From contig NC_068998.1 in the NCBI RefSeq assembly GCF_001194135.2, positions 5,906,519-5,970,518 on the forward strand: a stretch of DNA of 64,000 bases, read 5' to 3'. The stretch's first letter is position 1. Every line of letters starts with the position of its first letter. The DNA is from Octopus bimaculoides (lineage: Eukaryota). The notes under the pieces are model-generated. The model was not told the origin of the DNA. It saw nothing but the letters and a program-made list of their open reading frames with translations, and searched no databases. This document shows, in pieces, positions 13,406-26,712 of the stretch. The position numbers and the translations under genes were made by a program.

Positions 13406-14109
13406 TTACATTTATATGAAAGCAACCAACAAAAAAGAAAGCACATTTTTTTTAATAAGCAGCACTTAAGACTGGCATTTTGTTTTGTTCTGTATTCTTT
13501 GTTTTACGCAAATCTTTTTTGATGCCAAAATAAAGTGCAGCAGCACTGACATTATGAATGCAGAATTGCACCAATGAGGCATTTCATCTCAGATATTGCG
13601 TTTGGAGATTTGGGATTTTGTCATCAACCACAAAAGATAATAAATAAATAAATAAATAAATAAACGAATAACTAAATAAAATAAAATAAACAAATAAAAG
13701 CCATCAAATTATTTGTTATTGGTTTATACAAATGAGAAGTTAATGTCAAAGATCTATAAAAGATCTCTTGTTGCCACTGTTGCTTCTCCCAGCACAATTG
13801 CAAATATAACAAGTCCATGAGAAATCCTGTGCACCTGGTTAACATGCTAGACAAAGCACACAAATCTCCCTCAAATGATGCCCAATTGTCTAAAGAAAGG
13901 GAAAAACATATTTGATGACAGTCCCATATACATACATATATATATATACATGCGTACGTACGTACATACATATATATTCTTTTAGTTGAAGAAAATGATC
14001 GCAGTACTTGTTCTTTGTCAGCATGGTACTTATTTTATTGGTCTCTTTTGCTGAACTGCTATGTTATGGCGACGTAAACATGCCAACATCAGTTGTCAAG
14101 TGATGGTGG

Positions 14110-14415
14110 TGGTAGTGGTACTTATTTCATCGACCCCGAAAGGATGAAAGGCAAACTCGACCTTGGCGGAATTTGAACTCAGAATGTCACGGCAGGCGAA
14201 ATACCACTGGGCATTTCACCCGGTGTGCTAACGATTCTGCCAGCTCGGCGCCTTAATAACAATAATAATAATCCTTTCTACTGAAGGCACAAGGCCTGAA
14301 ATTGGGGGGAGGGGGACTAGTCGATTACATCAACCCCAGTATTCAACTGGTACTTAATTTATCGACCCTGAAAGGATGAAAGGCAGAGTCGACCTCAGCG
14401 GAATTTGAACTCAAT
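14110..14415 (-). mobile_element. tRNA-derived SINE family D (central cctttcatcctttcggggtcgataaa domain), two adjacent copies
   Basis: A box tggcagaatcgttag, B box gagttcaaattcc. Other copies at about 4233-4375(+), 11975-12130(-), 21985-22110(-), 25938-26115(+), 27150-27675(-, split), 28235-28325(+), 36925-37080(-), 47340-47510(-), and degenerate at 56940-57060 and 63290-63790. Confidence 0.85.
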
Positions 14416-14435
14416 AATAATAATAATGATTTTAA

Positions 14436-15429
14436 NNNNNNNNNNNNNNNNNNNNNNNNNNNNNNNNNNNNNNNNNNNNNNNNNNNNNNNNNNNNNNNNN
14501 NNNNNNNNNNNNNNNNNNNNNNNNNNNNNNNNNNNNNNNNNNNNNNNNNNNNNNNNNNNNNNNNNNNNNNNNNNNNNNNNNNNNNNNNNNNNNNNNNNNN
14601 NNNNNNNNNNNNNNNNNNNNNNNNNNNNNNNNNNNNNNNNNNNNNNNNNNNNNNNNNNNNNNNNNNNNNNNNNNNNNNNNNNNNNNNNNNNNNNNNNNNN
14701 NNNNNNNNNNNNNNNNNNNNNNNNNNNNNNNNNNNNNNNNNNNNNNNNNNNNNNNNNNNNNNNNNNNNNNNNNNNNNNNNNNNNNNNNNNNNNNNNNNNN
14801 NNNNNNNNNNNNNNNNNNNNNNNNNNNNNNNNNNNNNNNNNNNNNNNNNNNNNNNNNNNNNNNNNNNNNNNNNNNNNNNNNNNNNNNNNNNNNNNNNNNN
14901 NNNNNNNNNNNNNNNNNNNNNNNNNNNNNNNNNNNNNNNNNNNNNNNNNNNNNNNNNNNNNNNNNNNNNNNNNNNNNNNNNNNNNNNNNNNNNNNNNNNN
15001 NNNNNNNNNNNNNNNNNNNNNNNNNNNNNNNNNNNNNNNNNNNNNNNNNNNNNNNNNNNNNNNNNNNNNNNNNNNNNNNNNNNNNNNNNNNNNNNNNNNN
15101 NNNNNNNNNNNNNNNNNNNNNNNNNNNNNNNNNNNNNNNNNNNNNNNNNNNNNNNNNNNNNNNNNNNNNNNNNNNNNNNNNNNNNNNNNNNNNNNNNNNN
15201 NNNNNNNNNNNNNNNNNNNNNNNNNNNNNNNNNNNNNNNNNNNNNNNNNNNNNNNNNNNNNNNNNNNNNNNNNNNNNNNNNNNNNNNNNNNNNNNNNNNN
15301 NNNNNNNNNNNNNNNNNNNNNNNNNNNNNNNNNNNNNNNNNNNNNNNNNNNNNNNNNNNNNNNNNNNNNNNNNNNNNNNNNNNNNNNNNNNNNNNNNNNN
15401 NNNNNNNNNNNNNNNNNNNNNNNNNNNNC
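14436..15429. other. Largest assembly gap (N run)
   Basis: Other gaps at 4207, 5141-5617, 16750-16917, 19532-19755, 20877-21392, 23732-23772, 25701-25835, 34258-34697, 49786-50177, 51535, 52693-52991, 53892, 55500, 56262, 62930. Hidden exons or elements cannot be excluded. Confidence 0.99.
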
Positions 15430-16409
15430 CAAAAGAAAACTTCTGAAGAAGCAGAAACCATTTTAGCCAAAGTTTTATCATAAGAGCAACAGTTTAGAAT
15501 CTGATTATTCATGATAATGCAAAAAAGACAAAAAGTAAGATATTAGATGAGGAGGGGGGGGGGATTAAAAAAAAAAAAACGGAGAATTCAATTGAAATAT
15601 ATATCATCTCGCTTCTTTGTAGACATCAGAGATAGAATCACATGGCTGATATTGCAATATCATCGTCTTTGTCATCGTCATCATTATTATTATTGCTATC
15701 ACCACTATTATCATCATCAGCATTATTATTATTATTACCATTGCCATCATCGTCGTCGTCGTCATCATCATCATCATCACCATAACTTAGCGGTTCAGCA
15801 AAAGACACCGATAGAATAAGTACTAGGCTTACAAAGAATAAGTCCTGGGGTCAATTTGCTCAACTAAAAGGCGGTGCTCCAGCATGGCTGAAGTCAAATG
15901 ACTGAAACGAGTAAAAGAATATTGCTATTTTGGAGAGATTTGCTGCTTTTTCTAGTAGGTCAAGTACCTGAATAGTTTCCCTTACTGGTTTGTCTTAAAA
16001 GTGCTTGGCTGTATGGCAATGCAATGAAACAATTATAGAAAAGTTGGTGTTGTTTGAGATCCAGTTTTGGTTTAATACTGTTATATGGGATTAGTAAAAT
16101 TGCAGTAAAGGTATTTTGTTTCCAGGCATCACTACTGCAACCACGACCAGTTCTCAGCAAATATGTTTACAGTATAAGAATAAACAATACCTAAAAGGTG
16201 CTGACAGGCAGCCAAAACACATCTGATAAGCTACAGGGGAGGGGGTGCATTCTCCAACCAAATAGTCCAGACTGTGGAAGGTGCTACATGAAAAACTGTC
16301 AAGACCCACAACCTTAATGGTTCCATCACTAACCCAGTATTTGGCTTTTGGCTGTTGCAGGTTAAATTTCTAATTGCAATCAGCACCATGAATGTTAGGT
16401 TGATCAAAG

Positions 16410-16490
16410 CAGTGCTACTGCAAGTGGAGGTCCGCGGACCAGTGTTGGTTCATGAGCCATCACTTGCTGGTCCGCAGCGAGTTTCCAGAA
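16410..16490 (+). mobile_element. hAT/Charlie (MER5-like) terminal fragment
   Basis: cagtgctactgcaagtggaggtccgcggacc...tggtccgcag resembles recalled MER5A-type termini; truncated by the SINE at 16532. Confidence 0.45.
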
Positions 16491-16531
16491 AAGAAAGAAA
16501 CATTATAAAATGCTTATGTAATATTGTGTTA

Positions 16532-17163
16532 TTTACTCTTACTTGTTTCAGTCATTTCACTGTGGCCATGCTGGAGCACCGCCTTTAGTCGAGCAAATCA
16601 ACCCCAGGACTTATTCTTTGTAAGCCTAGTACTTATTCTATCGATCTCTTTTGCTGAACCGCTAAGTTACGGGGATGTAAACACACCACCATCAGTTGTC
16701 AAGCGATGTTGGGGGGACAAACAGACGCACAAACATGTACACACACACANNNNNNNNNNNNNNNNNNNNNNNNNNNNNNNNNNNNNNNNNNNNNNNNNNN
16801 NNNNNNNNNNNNNNNNNNNNNNNNNNNNNNNNNNNNNNNNNNNNNNNNNNNNNNNNNNNNNNNNNNNNNNNNNNNNNNNNNNNNNNNNNNNNNNNNNNNN
16901 NNNNNNNNNNNNNNNNNTATACATACATATATATATATATATATATACATACATACATATACATATATACATACATACATATACATATATACATACATAT
17001 ACATATATACGACGGGCTTCTTTCAGTTTCTGTCTACCAAATCCACTCACAAGGCTTTGGTTGGCCTGAGGCTATAGTAGAAAACACTTGACCAAGGTGT
17101 CATGCAGTGGGACTGAGCTCAGGGCCATGTGGTTGGGAAACAAGCTTCTTACCACACAGCCAT
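16532..17163 (-). mobile_element. SINE family A, full copy spanning an N-gap
   Basis: Reverse complement of the same head and tail as 3050-3506. Confidence 0.85.
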
Positions 17164-18159
17164 TATCCAAAAAAGCTTTGTTGGAGATCAGTTCTGAGAA
17201 ATTTTTTTCTTTTATAAGCTTTTTTCCATATTGCCAAATATCAATGGTGATGCGGTTGCACTGAGGGTGATTTTGATCCACTAATCAAGGGCAATGCTCT
17301 CTGCTTTGAACACAATAACGAAAAATAACTAAACAAATAAATAGATATATCACAAAAATTTAAGAAGCATTAAATTCTCATTCCTCATTTCCATACTTTC
17401 TGGACAAAACATTTGTATATGTTTTATTCATATTTTATTCAATTTAATTTTGTTTCCATTCATCTTTTCCATTTTTTTCTTTTTCATTAACCCCGATTGC
17501 CCCAGCCACCACCTCGGTATTACATAAAACTACAGTCAGAACCAATTTCCTGTTAGTTGGCCTTTACTACTATTAACACAGAACCACCAGCCAATACTGG
17601 CTATATCCATAGCAGTCTATTAGTATCCGGCTGACCTTTTTATCAATTACTTTATCTACATATCTCACTGGTTGTACTTCCTAGACATCAAGGCTCTTAC
17701 ACAAACTGTACAAGATTTAGAAGAAGACGACGACAAAAAAGAAGACTAGTAGGGCATCATGCTAGCTTGTCAACTGTTTGCATTATCTATTAAACTGATG
17801 GATAAATTAGAGAAATGGAAGGGTGAGGAGGAAGAGGAAGGGAAGAATGAGGAGGAGAAAAATAAATCATAATTGTAACCTTTGCATCTCATTAGTATAC
17901 AACTACACACATTTGTGTGCCTGTTCCTTTATTTCTCCTTTTACATCTGTTCTGGCTAATATTGTGGTTGCGACAAACGGTTTTCGTAGAATCTAATCTT
18001 ACGTCAACCTATTTCCATTCTTGAACGGTTAAAATTAACTTCCTTCATTAAATCCTAAGTGACTTTGTAATGGAGAAAATGCATTGGCAGTGACGGGATG
18101 CAAGCTACTGAACCCATGCATTTCACAGGATACAAAGCAGAAAATCAGTAGCAAGTTGT

Positions 18160-18790
18160 AGAATACAAATCATTTGGGCTTAAATAGCTGGTAAATTAGA
18201 TCTTTAATAGGTTACACACCAGTGAACCTTTTAATGATAGCTCAATGACCACACAGAATACAAAACTAATGAACTCATGAATGGTAGATCAGTACCACAT
18301 AGCATAAAAACCAATGGATTTGTAAATGATAACTCAAAATTTATCAGTATATGAAGAGCTGAATTTTTGAATGATAGCTCAATACTTCATAGAATACAAA
18401 ATTACTGAATCTGTGAATGGTAGATCAGTACTGCAAAGGTTAAAATCTACAGAAATGATAGCTCAATACTTTTCAAAATAGTGAATTTGTAAATGATAGT
18501 TCAATACTTCACAGAATACAAAACTATTGAACCCGTGTATGGGTAGATCAGTATCACATAGAATATAAACCAATGTATTTTGTAAATGATAACTCAACGG
18601 AGTGGCTGTGTGGTAAGTAGCTTGCTTATGAACCACGTTTTTCCATTCTAAACTTGGTGGAAGCTCTGTTACAGAATACAAACCACTGAAGCTGTGTGGT
18701 AGCTCAACACCTCACAATATACAAAATCCCTGAACCTATCCAAAATATACAAAATCCCTCAACACTTTCCAAATACAAAATGATAGGCTT
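18160..18790. repeat. Degenerate ~45-bp minisatellite with alternating variants
   Basis: Recurring aatgatagctcaatacttcacagaatacaaaact...gaa and aatggtagatcagta units; interrupted by a SINE head at about 18598-18650. Confidence 0.8.
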
Positions 18791-20619
18791 CTTTCAATTT
18801 ACATCTTCTGTGAGTGGATTTGGTAGATAGAAATTGAAAGAATCCTATCATATAAGTATGTATTTATGCATGTGGTGTGTGCGTGTGTTACCTTGCCTTG
18901 ACAATATGTAACTGCTGTAAATGAGTGTCACCAACATACAAGCAGTGTTGTTCATTTCCAATCTTCCAGGAAAACATATCCAGATGCAGGGGAATAATCA
19001 TTGCTCGGAAACAAGCGAGGCTTGGTGACAGGAAGGACATCCGACCATAGAAAGTTTGCCCCAACAAGTTCAATCTGATCCATGCAGGAATGGAAAAGTG
19101 GACATTGAAACAAAAGAGGATTTACAGAGTTCAATCATAGGTCTGTTCTTTGATCAAGACTGAAAATAAACAACAACAACAACAACAGCAAAAACACACA
19201 CGTCTGTTCCTGAGATAGACACAAATACATTTCTAAAAATACACACACACACACACATTTCTCATAGATATATATATATATATATAATTGTGTATAGCAA
19301 ACTAATATAACTGAAAAATGTATCTAATCCAGACAGACTTTATAATTAATTACAGCTCAATCACAAAACATCACAGAAAGAGCTTATCAATAGATTGTAT
19401 ATCTGTCTCCTCCTCGGCCACCACCTCCTCCATCATCATCTCCATCATCATCTCCATCATCATCATCATCATCATCATCTCCATCATCATCTCCATCATC
19501 ATCATCATCTCCATCATCATCATCATCTCCANNNNNNNNNNNNNNNNNNNNNNNNNNNNNNNNNNNNNNNNNNNNNNNNNNNNNNNNNNNNNNNNNNNNN
19601 NNNNNNNNNNNNNNNNNNNNNNNNNNNNNNNNNNNNNNNNNNNNNNNNNNNNNNNNNNNNNNNNNNNNNNNNNNNNNNNNNNNNNNNNNNNNNNNNNNNN
19701 NNNNNNNNNNNNNNNNNNNNNNNNNNNNNNNNNNNNNNNNNNNNNNNNNNNNNNNTTTCACTTTTTATTGTTTTTGTTTGTTCTTTTGCCTCTTATTTTC
19801 TTTCCTTTTACACCCCACCTCCTTCGTCACAACTCTCATTAAATATGAAATTTGATTTTCATAAACAAACCAGACATTCCAATTTGGTGAATACTATTAA
19901 AAAACAAAATATAAATTTAGAAAAAAAAATTCATCAGTATTATTATTATTATTATTATTACTGTCATAATAATCATTATAATTCCAATTTCTCGATGTCT
20001 ATTCACTTTCTCAATAAATAACATTTGTGGTGTGTGTGTGTGTGTGTGAGAGTGCTGTTATTTATTAACCACAGTCAGCTTAGAGGTTTGGTAGATTTGA
20101 AGGGATGATGGTAGCTTGTCCTCAAATTTATTTAGTCTGAATTCTAGCTCTATTCAATTTGTCATTCTCATGCAGTGTTACATGCTTTAATAGTGAAGGT
20201 CTCAAACTACATGACGCTTTATTTTAAAAACAGTCAAGAAGTTTGTTGAAGATTTAGGTGCTACATTGTACAGCAGTTTAACGCATCTGTAATTACATCT
20301 CTAACAAGTAGACTACTTATATCTCTCAAAGTCAATAGCTAAGATACCAGTCAAATACTGGAGGCAGTTCTCTCTCACACACACTCACACAAAATGGGTT
20401 ATGTTGTGCTGTGAGAGGATCATTTGGAAGTACTCAAAGAACTCCACTTTTTTTTTTTTAAAACTCGTTAGCATTCAAATTACTCTGTGAAATGTAATGC
20501 TTATTCACAATGTTTTAAATTAATCATATATTATCTTGTAGCTTTGAGATAATGCTGATGGGATTATTTTTAAAATGACATTACAGGGTAGGCGAGAGAG
20601 GCAGGATCGTTTTCTTGTT

Positions 20620-20876
20620 CGGAGTGCCCGTGGACCGGCCGTTGCCAGTGCCCGTGGACCGGCCGTTGCCAGTGCCCGTGGACCGGCCGTTGCCAGTGCC
20701 GCTGGACCGGCCGTTGCCAGTGCCGCTGGACTGGCTCCTGTGCAGGTGGCATATAAAAAACACCATTTTGAGCGTAGCCGTTGCCAGTACTGCGTGACTG
20801 GCCCTCATGCTGGTGGCACATAAAAGCACCCACTAGACTCTCAGAGTGGTTGGCGTTAGGAAGGGCATCCAGCTGT
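20620..20876 (+). mobile_element. (GAT)n-family copy with 24-bp tandem expansion, inserted in a TTAA-MITE
   Basis: gtgcccgtggaccggccgttgcca x3 plus two variants, then monomer and body running into an N-gap. Preceded by MITE sequence 20461-20610. Confidence 0.8.
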
Positions 20877-21846
20877 NNNNNNNNNNNNNNNNNNNNNNNN
20901 NNNNNNNNNNNNNNNNNNNNNNNNNNNNNNNNNNNNNNNNNNNNNNNNNNNNNNNNNNNNNNNNNNNNNNNNNNNNNNNNNNNNNNNNNNNNNNNNNNNN
21001 NNNNNNNNNNNNNNNNNNNNNNNNNNNNNNNNNNNNNNNNNNNNNNNNNNNNNNNNNNNNNNNNNNNNNNNNNNNNNNNNNNNNNNNNNNNNNNNNNNNN
21101 NNNNNNNNNNNNNNNNNNNNNNNNNNNNNNNNNNNNNNNNNNNNNNNNNNNNNNNNNNNNNNNNNNNNNNNNNNNNNNNNNNNNNNNNNNNNNNNNNNNN
21201 NNNNNNNNNNNNNNNNNNNNNNNNNNNNNNNNNNNNNNNNNNNNNNNNNNNNNNNNNNNNNNNNNNNNNNNNNNNNNNNNNNNNNNNNNNNNNNNNNNNN
21301 NNNNNNNNNNNNNNNNNNNNNNNNNNNNNNNNNNNNNNNNNNNNNNNNNNNNNNNNNNNNNNNNNNNNNNNNNNNNNNNNNNNNNNNNNNNNCTACAACA
21401 TTAAAAAAAAAAACAGTTTGATGGCACCCAACCGAGTAAGCCATGTGACTTCAGTGACTTTACTGACACAGTTTACAGTCCTATTCAAATGACTACAGTT
21501 AATAATTGTGGATATTAGCAGGCAGGCAGGCAAACAGATTGGCCTATGGGGAACATTCATTTATTTCCTTTGACCATTTTAGCTGATATTAACAGGATCA
21601 CTTGAAGAAGAGAGAGAGAGAGCGAGAGCGAGAGAGAGAGAGAGAAGGCGGGGAGTAGCTAATAGTCTGCAGTCAACTAGATCACAGCAGACAGCTCATG
21701 GTAGACATGCGGATACTGAGAACAGAATGTGTTAGTAAAAGTATGTATAAGGATGTTGCTTTGCATAGGCATGCGTGCGTGAGTGCGTGCGTGTTGCTAT
21801 ACTTGGGGATGGTCATATTTTGCCAATAAAACACATACACACACAC

Positions 21847-21892
<46 letters not shown>

Positions 21893-22114
21893 TAACTTTA
21901 GTTTTATTTAGTTTTTGTATTTGGTTTGCAGGCACTATAACTTTCCCTAAACCTAACAAATTTTAAGCAAGCCTGGTGGACTTATTGACCCCGAAAGGAT
22001 GAAAGGCAAAAATCGACCTCAGCGGAATTTGAACTCAGAACATAGCTGCAGGCGAAATACTGCTAAGCATTTTGCTCAGGGTGTTAATGATTCTGCCAGC
22101 TCACTGCCTTAATA

Positions 22115-22163
<49 letters not shown>

Positions 22164-22712
22164 TGATGATGATGATATTCAAGAGTTAGAATGTGAAAAG
22201 TAAGAAATGAAAAAAAAAAAAAAAAGAAGAACAGAACAGGAAAGGTAAAAGAAAGTAAAATTATTCCTCCAGAGATTCGAAAAGAAGGCAAAAAAGAATA
22301 AAAATCAAAATCAAAAGAAAAAGAAAAAGAATAGGTCTATCCAAAGAACTCCTGATGGTTTAATTGTTTCTGCAAAGAACAAAGTTATTTAAGAATATTC
22401 CATGATATGGTAGTGGCAGTGGTGAAGTTGATAATATAGACAATGAGAGGATGATAATGGTGACTGAGGTAGATTTAGCATCAGGAGTGGGGGGTGGTAG
22501 AAGAGGCTGTGGGTAGAGATGTGGTAGAGGAGGCACAATTGGATTTAGACAGAAGCCATTCCTTGGCTCCTTTGAGTAATGATGAGGAAGAAAGAAGACA
22601 GAGGAGGAGGAGGAGAGGAAAAAGAGAGAAGATGGAAGAAAAGGAGGTGTCAACATGTGTGTGTGTGTGCTCACATTTTTGAGTGAAAACTGTAGTGTTG
22701 CTTGTGAAAAAA

Positions 22713-23041
22713 GTGTGGAGGCGCAATGGCCCAGTGGTTAGCGTAGCGGACTCACGGCCAGAGGATTGCTGTTTCGATTCCCAGACCGGTCGTTGTGAGC
22801 GTTTATTGAGCGAAAACACCTAAAAGCTCCATGAGGCTCCGGCAGAGGGTGGTGGCAACTCCTGTTGTACTCTTTCGCCCCAACTTTCTCTCACTCTTTC
22901 TTCCTGTTTCTTGAGTAAAGCTGCAATGGACTGGTGTCCCGTCCAGCTGGGGTGGGGAGGGGAATACATACGCCATAGAAACCAGGAAACCAGGCCCGTG
23001 AGCCTGGCTAGGCTTTAAAAGGGCGCATAAGAAGATAAGAA
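22713..23041 (+). mobile_element. tRNA-derived SINE family C, young copy with 13-bp TSD
   Basis: Head gtggaggcgcaatggcccagtggttag...gtttcgattccc (A/B boxes); TSD gcttgtgaaaaaa at 22700-22712 and 23042-23054. Confidence 0.9.
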
Positions 23042-25153
23042 GCTTGTGAAAAAAAAAAAAATAAATAAATAAAAATAAATAAAAGACACTGTTGAAGTTT
23101 CTGTCAATTGGAAACTCAAAATTCTACACGGTCACTCTTCCTAGCAGCCAAGTTTGATTGAATCACACATTACTACATCTTAAAAAAGGGAAAACACATT
23201 TTTGGGAGATATGATGCGTATGACAAATAAAAATCGTGATGGCCAAATTGGAATGCTTTTCACCACCAGGGGGTAACCCTAGAGGATTACACAACGATAA
23301 CAACTACTACTACCACCACAACCACTACTACTACAACCAACACTATTACTACTGGCACCACCACACTTACCACTATGAGGACGACAACAACCACCATTGC
23401 TGCTGGTGTTGCTGTTGTGACAATGTGGGAACCAAAACTGAAAGATGACAGTCTTGGAAAGTCCAGAATATCATATTCGTTTTTGTGCTGTACAACTTGA
23501 GTAAAAAAAAAAACAACATTGCTTTCAAAATTTTAGTAAAAGTAATTCAAAAATCACTCAGTCAAGCCTGTCTTCATAAATTGTCACTTGAACTAATTCA
23601 ATACACACAGCATAGAAATAACTGTCATTATTACATTTTATTTTTGTCTAATTGTTATTGCTATATAATTGGATGGTTTTTAAAAACATGTAACACACAC
23701 ACTCATAAAAGAAAAAAAAAAAAAAAAAAAANNNNNNNNNNNNNNNNNNNNNNNNNNNNNNNNNNNNNNNNNAAAAAAAAAAAAAAAGAAAAAGTAGGAC
23801 ACATAAATACGCTTATGCGATATGTATGAACAGTTTAAGTAGGTGACCTGATGTGTCTGTAACAGGAGATCGTAAAGAACAAAACACACAGATGGTTACT
23901 GTGTGCCTACTTGAAGGATGGGCAAAAAAAGAAGAAAAACGAAAAACAAAAACATTTGAAATGCATAAGATGAGAGGAGAGGTCCCTAAAGTGTGTTATT
24001 TAAAGTAACTGCATGGAATGGAGCTGGTAGAGCAGGGAAACATAATATAATATACACATATTTGTGTGTGTGTGTGTGTGTGTTTGAATATATATGCATA
24101 TCATCATCATTATTTAAGCCCCTATTTCCTCAACCTGCTGGATGGGTTTCAAAGCATTTCACCTCCTGATGCGGTCCCTTGTTTTCAGAGAAAATTGCTG
24201 ATTTCCCTTGGCACAGTATGATGCTCTTCCTCTCACCAACCCATACACACACACTTGACAGTTCCGTGCCATACAGTACAGCAGCCCATCTAACATATTA
24301 TCGTGCCCGTTTGTAAAAATCTTGAAAGATGTTAAGTTGGGTTGTGTAAGGAGAGTGTCAAGGGTTATCCAACATCGAGAGAGGTGAGTATGAACAGAAT
24401 GTGTGGGCAGTGTCATAAGGTTCAGGGGCAAGAAATAGATGCTACAGGGTAGCAAAAAGATAGGAAGAAGAGAGAGACCAGAGATTGAATATGCAAAAGT
24501 ATCCTTGTTTATGAGGGAGTGATGGAGAGGGAGAGAGACGGAGAGATGGAGAGGGAGAGAGACGGAGAGATAGAGAGAGAGAGAGAAAGGAGTAGGGGAA
24601 AAGTGGGTGGGTACAGTGAAGGGGAAGAAAGGCAAGAGGGCAATTCTAGATGTATAAAGGCAAATGGTGAGATAAAAATAAGAGGGGTTAAGTGGCAACA
24701 GAAGAAGTAACCCAAGAAGGAGTGGTTTGGGAGTTTGATAGAATCGACAGAAGTTTTTATAGAATCAGATAATCATGGTATTTGTTCTGACCCTTTTTGT
24801 ATTTAGGGTTCTGAATTCTTGGGTGTTTCTGCCACCTGGTTTACCACCAGCACCTGCACCCCACCCCCACTCCACCCCCTGGTCCTTGGTTGTGTTTTGC
24901 AATGGAGTGGGCTCCATAGCATACATCAAGGCCAGGTCCCCCATTTAAGTATAAGTCTGCCCTGCCCTTTCTTATCCTACAAGTTTCCGCAGGGCCCTGA
25001 ACAAACAAATATGAGGTCAATGACATTGTCCTTCTCACCGTGACAAAGCAGCAGCAGCAGCAGAATAAATAAATATATAAATAAATAAAACAAATAGATA
25101 AACAAAAACAATGTGTGCACACATGTCTTATTTATATTTATTACATTCTATAA

Positions 25154-25187
<34 letters not shown>

Positions 25188-26393
25188 TTGTTTTGTTAGT
25201 ATGACACGAATTGAAAGCGGTGTCCCCCACGCCAGTAATAGCTGAAGAAGAGACGAAGGAATATTTAAGCCAGACTATTTCGGTAGTTTCTGACTGTATT
25301 GTGGCACTATGGTAAACAATGTCAAAGATAAACACCAGCACTTTGAAGCAATTGCAGGAAATGCACATCTGTGCATAGTATATCTCTTACTAACGCATGT
25401 GGGTGTGAACGAGCAGTTAAAACTGGTTTAATGAAATAGCAGTTTCTGTAAAACCACTAACCACAAAACAAAGACAAAAAAAAAATACAGGGAAAAAGGT
25501 AAAAGAAAAAGAAGTATAAAGCACAGCCAAAGCCAAAGAGCTGGTATTGTATTGGGTGATTCTTTTGGAAGAACTCCATCTGAATGCGAATAGAAGTCAA
25601 GTACTAAAGCAATCAACCTACTTTCAGCTGAACTAAGCATCTTAGCCTACACACGTCCATAAAAAGTGTTGGGCCAAGTTTTCATATCTTTACACATACA
25701 NNNNNNNNNNNNNNNNNNNNNNNNNNNNNNNNNNNNNNNNNNNNNNNNNNNNNNNNNNNNNNNNNNNNNNNNNNNNNNNNNNNNNNNNNNNNNNNNNNNN
25801 NNNNNNNNNNNNNNNNNNNNNNNNNNNNNNNNNNNAGAGAGAGAGAGAGAGAGAGATACAGATATATAGAGATAAATACTTCAAATAATTTCCATCAGTA
25901 TATTTCTATATTTTCCCTTTTGTTTATTATTATTATTGAAGGCAGTGAGCTGGAAGAATTGTTAGCATGTTGGACGAAATGCTTAGTGGCATTTCTACCA
26001 GTTTTGCATTCCAAGTTCAAATGCCTGTTCAAGTCAACTTTACCTTTCATCCTTTTGGGGTCGATAAAAAATTATCTGTAGGCTGATGCCACTGACTAGC
26101 CCTCTCCACCAAAAAAAAAAACCAGATTATTATTATTATTATTATTATTATTCATGGGGACTTAATTCTGTTCAAACGATAAAATAGACTTCAACGTAAC
26201 AAAAAATAAGAAAAATTTTTAAAAACTGACAGAAAGAAAAAAAAAAAAACCATGACATAATTCTATTTATAGCAAAATATGATGACAGCAACATCCATAA
26301 CAGCAGTGGAAATGCACATGTGCACATAAACAGACAGGCCAAATCACAACACATAGATGCGCATGCATGCATGTATATGTGTGCGTGTATATG

Positions 26394-26428
<35 letters not shown>

Positions 26429-26712
26429 GAGGTGGGGTAGTTGTTTCCACTTGTTAGATCTGTTATCTTATGCAGAGCTGACTAGAGCCATTGAAACATG
26501 AGGAGCAACCAAGAACACACACACACACACACACAGAATTAGGAATATCATTTTACAAGGAAAAGAGGAGGAAAGAGAGAGAAAGAGAGCAATGATAATT
26601 TGTAAGAAATGAGCATTATTACATACACAGGCAACAACTTAAGCGACATTATATGCCACAAATTTAGCTGTTGGAAAATTTGTTTTTATGCTTTTTTTAT
26701 AATCAACCAACT

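Noticed and set aside
20622-20730. CRISPR-like short direct repeats
   Set aside because: Contiguous tandem units with no unique spacers, inside a retroelement, in a eukaryotic intron; no cas genes.
22494-22682. Acidic/basic ORF MVEEAVGRDVVEEAQLDLDRS...
   Set aside because: Purine-rich low-complexity sequence running into microsatellites; no splice support or recognisable homology.
22713-22790. tRNA-gene-like sequences at SINE heads (also 39208, 27608, 47888, 52330)
   Set aside because: A/B boxes are present, but they continue into shared SINE bodies with tails and TSDs, and I saw no complete cloverleaf; not called as tRNA genes.
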